Source: Myxococcota bacterium (GTDB lineage Bacteria; Myxococcota_A; UBA796; SXON01). From it: a stretch of 64,000 nt of DNA. Position 1 is the stretch's first letter. Each line of letters begins with the position of its first letter. Made by a program: the position numbers and the translations under genes. Below are positions 11,301 to 19,032 of this stretch, one piece after another. The notes beneath the pieces were generated by a model, which worked only from the letters and a program-made list of their open reading frames with translations, had not been told where the DNA came from and searched no databases. Where the stretch lies: NCBI GenBank assembly GCA_040386535.1, contig JAZKFH010000011.1, positions 1-64,000 of the forward strand. Direction: 5' to 3'.

Positions 11301-13598
11301 GAGCACCGGGCCGATCCCCACGACCACGTCGGGGAGCACGCTCGGCCCGGGCCGTTCGACGTGCTTCTGGTGTGGCTCGGGGCGCACCACGACGTTGGAA
11401 AGGCGCTCGTCCCGTTTGCGCTGCAGGAGGCCGGCGCGTGCCTGGAGCTCGGTGGGCTCCGGCTCGAGGCGCTGCCCGTCCCATCCCCGAGCGCGCTGTT
11501 CGCCCTGGAGCTGGTGGCGGGCCGGGTCGGTCACGAGGTGCACGGCTCGCTCGCCTACGCCACCGAGCTGTACGCCGCGTCGACCGCGACGCGCCTCGTG
11601 GCGCACCTGTCCCGGGTGCTCCGCACCGGCCTCGATTCGCCCGATCGTCCCCTCTCGGAGCTCTCGCCGGTGGACGAGGCGGAGCAGCGTGTGCTGCTCC
11701 ATCTCGGCGGAAATCCAGAGGCGATCGTCCGGCCCGAGGGGTTGTACGACCGCGTCGCCGCCTGGGCTACCGCCACACCCGATGCGATAGCGCTCACGTT
11801 CGACGGCGCCACACTCACCTATGCCGCGCTGCACGACCGGAGCCGCGCGCTCGCCCATCGCCTCCAACGGCTCGGTGTGTTGCCCGGCCGGCCCATCGCG
11901 GTCCTGCTGGAGGACGGGCCCCTGCAGGTGACCGCCCTCTTGGCCGTCCTGGCGGCGGGTGCGTGCTTCGTTTGTGTAGACATCGGCTACCCGGCGCTCC
12001 GGCTCGAGCGGATCCTGGACGACCTGCGGCCCTCGCACGTCCTCACGTCCGCCACGTGGGCGAATCGGCCCGCGCGGGGTGATGAGCGCACCTGGGTGGT
12101 CATCGGGGAGGAGGACGGGGGGGGCCCGGAGGACGGGCCTCTGCGTGGCGGACGGGGCACGGACGCGGCCTATGTGGTGTACACCTCCGGGTCGGGTGGG
12201 TCTCCAAAGGGGATCGTCCAGTCGCATGCCGCCTTCAACCAGTTTCTGGATTGGCAGATCCAACGCTTCCACATGGGGCCGGGGCAACGGATCGCCCAGT
12301 GGGCAACACTCACCTACGATGCGGCCTACTGCGAGATCTTCGGCGGCCTCTGCTCCGGAGCGACCGTCTGCCTGGCCGTCCCCGCGATGCGCCAGGATCC
12401 GTCGGCGCTCCTCGCGTGGGTCGAGCGCGAGGCGATCACCCTGCTCCAGATGGTGCCGAGCTTCTGGCGTGTCGTGTGGGCGCAGCTCGCCGACCTGCCA
12501 CCCGGCGCGCGGGACCCGCTGCGGAGCCTCGAGTGGCTGCTCCTCGCCGGTGAGGCGCTCCCGGTCGATCTGGCCCGCTCCTGGCTGGCTCGGTATCCGG
12601 CGCACCCCGCCCTCTTCAACCTGTACGGGCCCTCGGAGACAGTGTTGGCGACCTGCTACCCGGTCGAGGCGGTCGGGGAGGCGACCCGCTCGATTCCCAT
12701 CGGCCGCCCGATCGACGGTCGACGGATTTTGCTCCTCACGCCCCACGGCCGCCCCTGCCCGAGAGGGGCGATCGGCGAGATCTACGTGCAGAGCCGCCAC
12801 CTCACAATTGGCTACCACGGGCGGCCGGAGGAGACCGCACGGGCGTGGTTGCCCGCGCCCGGCGCCAGATCCGAGGACGATCGGATGTACCGCACGGGTG
12901 ACCTCGCGCGGTGGACCCCGCAGGGCGAGCTCGAGTTCCACGGACGAATCGACGGCCAGCTGAAGATGCGCGGCGTTCGGGTGGAGCTCGAGGAGGTCGC
13001 CGCCGTGCTCCGCGCCTGCCCCCTGGTGGAGGACGCCGTCGTCGTCGCCGACGAGGATGGCGGCGGGGATCCGCGCATCCTCGCCTACGTGGCGGGGCCA
13101 GCGGCGATCGACCTCGCAGCGTTGCGCGAGGCGGCGCGGCGGATGCTGCCCCCACAGGCCGTTCCGACCGCCTTCGTGCGCCTGGACGCCCTCCCGCGGA
13201 CCCGCACCGGCAAGATCGACCGTCGCGCCCTGCCGCCGCCCGCTCCCGCCGAGCGCTCCGGCCCTGCGGCCTCCTCGGCGCCGTGGACCGACCGGGAGAA
13301 GCTCGTCGCGGCGGTGTGGCAGGAGGTGCTCGGGGTCCAGGCCGTGGGCGTGGACGACCGCTTCATGGACCTCGGCGGGCACTCGCTGAGCGCGATGCAG
13401 GTGGTCGGTCGGCTGCGGCGCCGCGGCTGGGAGCTCCCGCTCGCCAGCGTGTTCGAAGCGCCCAGCGTGGCGGGCATGGCCGCGCGGATCCAGGCAGTCG
13501 AGGGGAGCGTGCCCGACCTCGCACAGATGGTGGACGACATCGAGGCGCTCTCGGACGACGAGGTCGAAGCGCTCCTTTCCGACCCGGAGGGTACATGA
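8400..13598 (+). CDS. NRPS loading protein FAAL-ACP-C-A-T
   Basis: FAAL (LQYTSGSTAQPKGV, SWLPVYHDMGL, CYGLAEATL), ACP (VDSL), C (HHIVVDFWS), A (YTSGSGGSPKG, YGPSET, YRTGDL), T (GGHSL). Start placed at ATG 8400. Confidence 0.95.
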   Translation: MSFEGTLPTLVELVRARARHDPHRVVLVPLVDGETAGEPLTYQQLDRCASAVAADLAQRCPPGSRALLVHRNGSDFIIALFACFYADVIAVPAYPPRARHARARLNAIIKDAEPAVVLTDVPADVADLPLRPVGRSRASPPSDSDAPALLQYTSGSTAQPKGVCVTHRNLVHNQAAIARAFGHDEASSIVSWLPVYHDMGLSNLLQAVYVGIPCFLMAPAHFLQRPARWLEAIARHRATTSGGPDFAYELCSRRITPEQRRRLDLGCWRVAYDGSEPVRAQTLQHFVETFGPQGFRASAFRPCYGLAEATLLVAAGAPDCVARIERFETLALTEHRAVVAAPGLGQALVSCGSARECEVIIADPDGGRALPTGRVGEIWVQGPSVAAGYWQRPEETATAFGARVPGHPGTFLRTGDLGFVTDGELYVAGRLKDLIVARGQNHHPADIERTAQDTDPSLPVGGGAAFGLDVAGEERVVVVHEVGRATLDATALTGIIRRRILEEHGLQVAAVVLIRPGTLPRTTSGKVRRAACRDQFVAGTLVVVSEWRPPSESVAPDSHPPAPTPDEVLDWFATTLADRLGVPAETLDVDQPLGRYAVDSLAALDLAHRVTTRFGVVLPIATIFDQSSISSLAAAVCLTLEAAPPRPDPALVAPPVHADGVLTRGQRAIWIQEQLGAARTANLVARAARIHGPLDPEALRRALRRLVARHPALRTTFEVGPDGPVSRTHPHLTLDLKLDYDAGPIAERLRDLARRPFDLQQGPLLRVHMLHDESAAGRGSWVLLLVVHHIVVDFWSFEVIVADLAALYASEHRGAPAVLRPPGACAATLPLSAGEASAKYWEERLAGAPHASAPPADLLAPRTRTHHAEAVPLVLDEALTRQLDVFAATERATPYMILLASLAVVLHHNSGAEDVVVGSPTVARSGAALGGVVGCFLDAVAIRGDLAGDPSFRRVVQRVREAVVGALEHRADPHDHVGEHARPGPFDVLLVWLGAHHDVGKALVPFALQEAGACLELGGLRLEALPVPSPSALFALELVAGRVGHEVHGSLAYATELYAASTATRLVAHLSRVLRTGLDSPDRPLSELSPVDEAEQRVLLHLGGNPEAIVRPEGLYDRVAAWATATPDAIALTFDGATLTYAALHDRSRALAHRLQRLGVLPGRPIAVLLEDGPLQVTALLAVLAAGACFVCVDIGYPALRLERILDDLRPSHVLTSATWANRPARGDERTWVVIGEEDGGGPEDGPLRGGRGTDAAYVVYTSGSGGSPKGIVQSHAAFNQFLDWQIQRFHMGPGQRIAQWATLTYDAAYCEIFGGLCSGATVCLAVPAMRQDPSALLAWVEREAITLLQMVPSFWRVVWAQLADLPPGARDPLRSLEWLLLAGEALPVDLARSWLARYPAHPALFNLYGPSETVLATCYPVEAVGEATRSIPIGRPIDGRRILLLTPHGRPCPRGAIGEIYVQSRHLTIGYHGRPEETARAWLPAPGARSEDDRMYRTGDLARWTPQGELEFHGRIDGQLKMRGVRVELEEVAAVLRACPLVEDAVVVADEDGGGDPRILAYVAGPAAIDLAALREAARRMLPPQAVPTAFVRLDALPRTRTGKIDRRALPPPAPAERSGPAASSAPWTDREKLVAAVWQEVLGVQAVGVDDRFMDLGGHSLSAMQVVGRLRRRGWELPLASVFEAPSVAGMAARIQAVEGSVPDLAQMVDDIEALSDDEVEALLSDPEGT

Positions 13599-15118
13599 CA
13601 GATTCGGGGGGCACCCACCTCCTTTCGTCCGCCCGTTACACCCTGCACGATCTGCGCAGATTGGTGGACGAGCGGCCCCGCCTCGGCCTCGCGCCCGACG
13701 TTCGCGCGCAGATCGAGGCGGGCGCGCGGTACGTACAGGCGAGGGCGACAGAGGATCGTTACATCTATGGCGTGAACACGGGCTACGGTGCCTTGTGTGA
13801 AACCCGAATCGGCGTGGAGCACCTCGAAGAGCTCCAGCGCCGGCACGTCCTCTCCCACGCGTGTGGTGTCGGGCCCATCGTCCCGGAGCGGATCTCCCGG
13901 CTCGTGATGCTCGTCAAGCTGCTGACCTTCCGCACCGGCCACACGGGGATCTCCGTCGAGACCGTCGACCGGCTGCTGGCACATTGGAACGAGGGCCTCA
14001 TCCCGACCATCCCCAAGCGAGGAACCGTCGGGGCGAGTGGCGATCTGGCCCCCCTCGCGCACATGTCGCTGCCGCTCCTCGGCCTGGGCCAGGTGTACAT
14101 GGACGGTCGCGTCGTCCCGGCGTCGGAGGCCCTCGCGCGGACGGGCTGGGCGCCGCTGCGCCTGCGCGCGAAGGAGGGGCTCGCGCTCACCAACGGCGTC
14201 CAATACATCAACGCGCTGGCGGCGAGCGCCCTGATGGAGATCGGTGACCTCGTGCGGTGCGCCGACGTCATCGCCTCCCTGAGCGTGCAGGGATTCAGCG
14301 CGGCGCGGTTGTTCTACCATCCGAGGTACCACGAGACCTCGTTTCACGAGGACAGGAGGATCGTCGCGGCAAACCTCGGGTCGCTGCTGGACGGGAGCAA
14401 TCACTCCGAGCTGCCCACGTGCAACCGGTCGACACAGGACCCCTATTCGTTCCGATGCATCCCCCAGGTGCACGGCGCCATCCGGCAGACGTTGCGCTTC
14501 ACCTGGCAGGTGATGGAGGACGAATGCAACGGCGTGTCGGACAATCCCCTGTTCTTCCCCGAGGAAGACCTGATCCTGACCGGGGGCAACCTCCACGGGG
14601 AATCCACCGCCTTCAGCACGGATTTCCTCGCGATCGCCGTCAGTGAGCTGGCCAACATCTCCGAGCGGCGCACGTGGCAGCTGCTCTCCGGCCAACGGGG
14701 CTTGCCGAGCTTCCTGGTGGCCAACCCGGGCCTCGACTCCGGGCTCATGGTCGTGCAGTACACCTCCGCTGCACTGGTGAACGAGTGCAAGGTCCTGTCC
14801 ACGCCCGCGAGCGTCGACACGATCCCGACCTGCCAGACCCAGGAGGACAGCGTCAGCATGGGTGGCACCTCCGCGTACAAGCTCGGTCAGATCGTCGAGA
14901 ACTGCGGGACGGTCCTCGCCATCGAGCTGCTCGTCGCCGCGCAGGCGTGTGACCTGAACGGCGGGTTGCGGCTCTCTCCCACGACCCGAGCCATCGTGGA
15001 CGGCCTGCGCCAGCGGGTGCCCTTCCTCTCCGAGGACCGGCTGCTCGCGGACGACATCGAGGCGACCCGCACGTTCTTCGCCGAGCACGCCCGGGCGTGG
15101 TCGACGCTCGTGGCCTGA
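13595..15118 (+). CDS. MIO-dependent aromatic amino acid ammonia-lyase/2,3-aminomutase (HAL-like)
   Basis: YGVNTGYG, GTVGASGDLAPL (ASG forms MIO), QDPYSFRCIPQVHG, DNPL, GGNLHG; ATGA overlap with the NRPS stop. Confidence 0.95.
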   Translation: MTDSGGTHLLSSARYTLHDLRRLVDERPRLGLAPDVRAQIEAGARYVQARATEDRYIYGVNTGYGALCETRIGVEHLEELQRRHVLSHACGVGPIVPERISRLVMLVKLLTFRTGHTGISVETVDRLLAHWNEGLIPTIPKRGTVGASGDLAPLAHMSLPLLGLGQVYMDGRVVPASEALARTGWAPLRLRAKEGLALTNGVQYINALAASALMEIGDLVRCADVIASLSVQGFSAARLFYHPRYHETSFHEDRRIVAANLGSLLDGSNHSELPTCNRSTQDPYSFRCIPQVHGAIRQTLRFTWQVMEDECNGVSDNPLFFPEEDLILTGGNLHGESTAFSTDFLAIAVSELANISERRTWQLLSGQRGLPSFLVANPGLDSGLMVVQYTSAALVNECKVLSTPASVDTIPTCQTQEDSVSMGGTSAYKLGQIVENCGTVLAIELLVAAQACDLNGGLRLSPTTRAIVDGLRQRVPFLSEDRLLADDIEATRTFFAEHARAWSTLVA

Positions 15119-15151
15119 GCGCGTGGCCGTCCCTCGACCTGTTGCACCGGC

Positions 15152-16666
15152 ATGAGCATGGACGACGATGGCGGGCTCGCGGCGAAGCTCGCCCGGCTGC
15201 CCCTGGCGCGGCGGATCCTCCTCGCCCGGCGGCTCGCGGCGGCCGGGGTCGATCCGGAGACGCTCCCGATCCTCCCCGTCGCGCGGCGTGTGGGCGGGGA
15301 GTTCGAGCTCTCGCCGACACAGCAGGGGTTGTGGCTGGCCGAGCGTCTCCATCCGCGGACGGCGGCGCTCAACGTGGCCGTCGCCGCGCGTATCGAGGGG
15401 GCGCTCGACGTGGCGGCGCTGGCGGAGAGCTTCCAACGGCTGGCACGTCGCCACGAGTCCCTCCGCGTCGAGCTCTCCGAGCGGGACGGCCGGCTGTCCG
15501 CCCGTGTGTCCCCCGAGCCCAACACCCACCTCGCCTTCGTCGATCTGACCGTCCTTCCGCCGGCGCTGGGTGAGGAGGATGCGGCGCGACGCTGGCGTGC
15601 GGAGGCCCTGCGCCCCTTCGACCTCAACCACGGGCCGCTGTGGCGCGCCACCCTCCTCCGCCTCGACGCGGGCACCCACGTCATCGTCCTCGTGCTGCAT
15701 CACCTCATCGCCGACAATTGGTCGATGGGGATCGTGGGGCGGGAGCTGGGGAGCTACTACGAGGCGCTCACCACCGGGATCCCGGCGGTGCTCCCCGAGC
15801 TCCCGATCCAGTGTGTCGACCACGCCGCCTGGCAGCGGCGCCGGCTGGCCGAGGGTCGGCTCGACGCGCAGCTCGCGTATTGGAAACGACAGATCCCGGT
15901 GTCGCCAGCGCCCTTGTTTCCGACCGACCACCCTCGTCCGGCGGTCAAGAGCTACCAGGGAGCGCGGGTGCCCCTCGCGTTCCCCTCCTCCCTCGCCGAG
16001 GCGCTCCTCGGCTGGTGCACCCGGGAAGGGGCCACCCTCTCCATGGCCCTGGTGGCGGGCCTGGCAGCGCTGCTGCATCGGTACACGGGCGCGGATCGGG
16101 TCGTGATCGGAACGGACGTCGCCGGGCGGGAGCGCCCCGAGTTGGAAGGCCAGGTGGGGTTCCTCGTCAACCAGGTGGTGCTCCGCCTGGAGACGGGCGG
16201 CAATCCGGTGCCGGCGGAGCTCCTGCGGCGGGTGCGGGGCACGTGCCTGGACGCCTACACGAACCAGGAGGCGCCGTTCCACAAGGTGGTGGAGGTCGTG
16301 AAGCCGCCGCGGTGGCTCGACCGGACGCCGCTGTTCCAGGTCAAGCTGGATCTGTTGACGATCTCCCTGGCGGCGGTGAGCCTGCCCGGGCTCCACGTGA
16401 CCCCCCTGGCGACGGACGGCACCGCGAAGTTCGATCTCGAGTTCGTGCTGTGGCGCAGCGCGGGGGAGCTACACGGCTTCTGCGAGTACAGCACCGACCT
16501 GTTCGAGGCCGTCACCGTCGGCCGCCTGCTTTGCCATTACGAAGGCATCCTCCACCAGATGACGGCCCACCCGGAAGGCCGGATCCTCGACATCCCGCTC
16601 GCGGGCGCAAACGGGTCCGCCGAGCCGCGCTTCGCGGGCAACGAAGAGTTCTGCTTCGATCCGTGA
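15152..16666 (+). CDS. Stand-alone NRPS condensation domain protein
   Basis: LSPTQQGLW, RHESLR, HHLIADNWS, GFLVNQVVLR, AKFDL; no A or T domain. Confidence 0.92.
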   Translation: MSMDDDGGLAAKLARLPLARRILLARRLAAAGVDPETLPILPVARRVGGEFELSPTQQGLWLAERLHPRTAALNVAVAARIEGALDVAALAESFQRLARRHESLRVELSERDGRLSARVSPEPNTHLAFVDLTVLPPALGEEDAARRWRAEALRPFDLNHGPLWRATLLRLDAGTHVIVLVLHHLIADNWSMGIVGRELGSYYEALTTGIPAVLPELPIQCVDHAAWQRRRLAEGRLDAQLAYWKRQIPVSPAPLFPTDHPRPAVKSYQGARVPLAFPSSLAEALLGWCTREGATLSMALVAGLAALLHRYTGADRVVIGTDVAGRERPELEGQVGFLVNQVVLRLETGGNPVPAELLRRVRGTCLDAYTNQEAPFHKVVEVVKPPRWLDRTPLFQVKLDLLTISLAAVSLPGLHVTPLATDGTAKFDLEFVLWRSAGELHGFCEYSTDLFEAVTVGRLLCHYEGILHQMTAHPEGRILDIPLAGANGSAEPRFAGNEEFCFDP

Positions 16667-16681
16667 ACCGCCGGGCGGACG

Positions 16682-18145
16682 GTGGGCGAGCGGGGACACA
16701 CACGCTATACACACTCGAGAACCGAGCCGGGCGCCATCGTGAGTCGCGATCCCATTCCCTGCCACGCCCTCCTCCGTGATCCACGGTCGGAACGTATTCT
16801 TCTCCGTGAAGAAGCCGCGGGTCTGGCGTTGCCGCAGGTCTCGGTCGCCGCGCCCTGGTTCGAGCTGGAGGCGCTCAACGCCGCCTACCACGCGTTGCTT
16901 GGTACCCGGACGACCGTGCTGCGGTGTGTAGAGGGGGATGTAAATACGCGGGAGTCCGCGTTCCGGGTGTACGCGCTCGAGATGCACGACGAGGCTTGGG
17001 AGGCGCGCCCCCCATGGCGCTGGGTCGAGCGCGCCGAGCTCGATGCGGTGGTCCTCGTCGCGCCCGAACAGCGGGCCTGGATCGCCCGGGGGTTCGACGA
17101 TCCCGCGCAGCCACGCCTCGACTCCGCCGGCGTGTCGGCGCTCTGGCCGCCGTGGGCGTGGCCCGGTTGGTTCGCGCGGGCGGAGTCCTTCGTCGCAGCC
17201 GAGCTCGCGCGCTGCGGCCTCGCCGCCACGGCGCCCATCATCCAGGTTCGCGCCTGGCAGCGCTCCTGCGTGCTGCGCGCCGACACCGCGAGCGGTGGCG
17301 CCTTCTTCAAGGCTTCGCCCCGGATGTTCCCGCACGAGGCGGCGGTGGCTGGGCTCCTGGCGGCCCGGTACCCTGACTTCTTCCCGGAAGTGCTCGCGAT
17401 CGACCGCACCGAGGGTTGGATGGTGATGCGCGCCCTGGAGGGCCACACCCTCTCCGAGATCCCCGATCTCGGCCGCTGGGAGGAGGCCGCGCGGTGCCTG
17501 GCACGGTTCCAGTTCGATTGCGCGGCGCACGTCGCCGAGCTGGCCCGCTGCGGCTGTCCCCGGTGGCCGCTCGATCGCATCGCCGATCGTCTGGGGCCCT
17601 TGCTCGCCGACACGGATGCGATGCTGATCGGGACGCCGGAGGGCCTGACGGAGGAAGAGGCACGGGAGCTGCGGGCCCGGCTCCCCGCGCTCCGCAACGC
17701 CTGTGCGCAGCTCGCGGGCGTGCCGGTGCCCGAGTCCTTCGAGCACGGGGATCTCCGCGGCGCGCACATCATCGCGAACGGGGGCGGATACCGGATGTTC
17801 GACCTTTCGGACGGAGCGATCGCGCACCCGTTCTACAGCGCGGTGAGCCTGCTCGACTACGACCGGATCCCGGCGGCCGGAGGCTCGCACGAGGCCGCGC
17901 GGATCCGGCTGCGCGACGCCTACCTCTCCGTGTGGGCGCCCCTCGCGCCGATGGAACGCCTCGTCTCCGCCTTCGAGCAGGCCCGCGTGGTCGCCATCCT
18001 GTACGCGGCGCTCCTCCGGTACGACGTGATCCTGCCCGCGATCCAACCGCGGGAGAACTGGTCGTTCATGATCCCCTATTGGCTGCGCAAGCTCCTCGTT
18101 GCGCTCCGGGAGCGTCCCGACACCGTTGGCTCCCCGTGGCCCTGA
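16682..18145 (+). CDS. Aminoglycoside phosphotransferase (APH)/choline kinase-like protein; start may be GTG 16739
   Basis: FFKA lysine, HEA, HGDLRGAHI (Brenner-like motif), FDLSD, HPF. Confidence 0.85.
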   Translation: MGERGHTRYTHSRTEPGAIVSRDPIPCHALLRDPRSERILLREEAAGLALPQVSVAAPWFELEALNAAYHALLGTRTTVLRCVEGDVNTRESAFRVYALEMHDEAWEARPPWRWVERAELDAVVLVAPEQRAWIARGFDDPAQPRLDSAGVSALWPPWAWPGWFARAESFVAAELARCGLAATAPIIQVRAWQRSCVLRADTASGGAFFKASPRMFPHEAAVAGLLAARYPDFFPEVLAIDRTEGWMVMRALEGHTLSEIPDLGRWEEAARCLARFQFDCAAHVAELARCGCPRWPLDRIADRLGPLLADTDAMLIGTPEGLTEEEARELRARLPALRNACAQLAGVPVPESFEHGDLRGAHIIANGGGYRMFDLSDGAIAHPFYSAVSLLDYDRIPAAGGSHEAARIRLRDAYLSVWAPLAPMERLVSAFEQARVVAILYAALLRYDVILPAIQPRENWSFMIPYWLRKLLVALRERPDTVGSPWP

Positions 18146-19008
18146 CACCCTCCCAGGAGGCGCTCCTCCCCTCCGAGGACGATGTCACGTTCTACGAGCA
18201 GCATGGCTATTACACGTCGGCGCGGATCTACGCGGACGACGAGCTGGACGACGCTGTGTACGGCAGCGAGCGGTACTACGCGGGCGAGCGGGACACCGTG
18301 TTCCCCTTGCGGGGTGGCTACCTCGATTGGCGGCCGGAGGACGGCGAGGGGCTGCGCCAGAACGACTACGTGTCCCTCCAGAACGACGAGATCCGGCGGT
18401 TGGTGGAACACCCGCTCCTGGGCGCGATCGCGGCCCGGCTGTGCCGAGAGACCGAGTCCGTCCGCCTGTTCCACGACCAGCTCGTCTACAAGCCCCCCGG
18501 CGAGCTCGAGGGGACAACCATCGTCGGGTGGCATACCGACCGCGCCTATTGGCGGACGTGTACGTCGGATCGGATGCTCACCGCGTGGATTCCGTTCCAC
18601 GCGGTCGACGCTCGTTCGGGGACCCTCACCGTGATCGACGGCAGCCACCGTTGGGAGGGCGCGGAGCGTCTCCACACCTTTCGCGACAAGGATCTCGCGG
18701 GCCTCGCGTCCCGGATGTTCCCCGCGGGTGCGGGCGTGCGGGAGGTGCCGATGACGCTCGCGCGGGGCGCGGTGAGCTTCCATCATTGCCGGCTGATCCA
18801 CGGCAGCTACCCGAACCGCGGCGTTCGCCCGCGCGTCGCGCTGGCGGTCCACATGCAGGACGCCGCCAATCGTTACATTGCTCACTATGATGCCGCGGGA
18901 AATCCAATCCTGCACATCAACGACACGTTGTGCCGGAAGCGCGCGGACGGCGATCCGGACTATGCCGACAACAACATCTGCCCGGTGGTCTGGGCGAGGG
19001 GAGCCTGA
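18136..19008 (+). CDS. Fe(II)/2-oxoglutarate dioxygenase, PhyH family
   Basis: FYEQHGY, YKPP, WHTD (HxD), TAWIP, GSHRW, HGSYPN..R; the GTG start overlaps the kinase 3' end. Confidence 0.92.
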   Translation: MALTPSQEALLPSEDDVTFYEQHGYYTSARIYADDELDDAVYGSERYYAGERDTVFPLRGGYLDWRPEDGEGLRQNDYVSLQNDEIRRLVEHPLLGAIAARLCRETESVRLFHDQLVYKPPGELEGTTIVGWHTDRAYWRTCTSDRMLTAWIPFHAVDARSGTLTVIDGSHRWEGAERLHTFRDKDLAGLASRMFPAGAGVREVPMTLARGAVSFHHCRLIHGSYPNRGVRPRVALAVHMQDAANRYIAHYDAAGNPILHINDTLCRKRADGDPDYADNNICPVVWARGA

Positions 19009-19032
19009 CGGTTCCCCGCGAGGCGACGTGCC

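Noticed and set aside
13595..15118. Calling the MIO enzyme a catabolic hutH
   Set aside because: No hutU/I/G nearby and it is translationally coupled to an NRPS, so the gene symbol was withheld.
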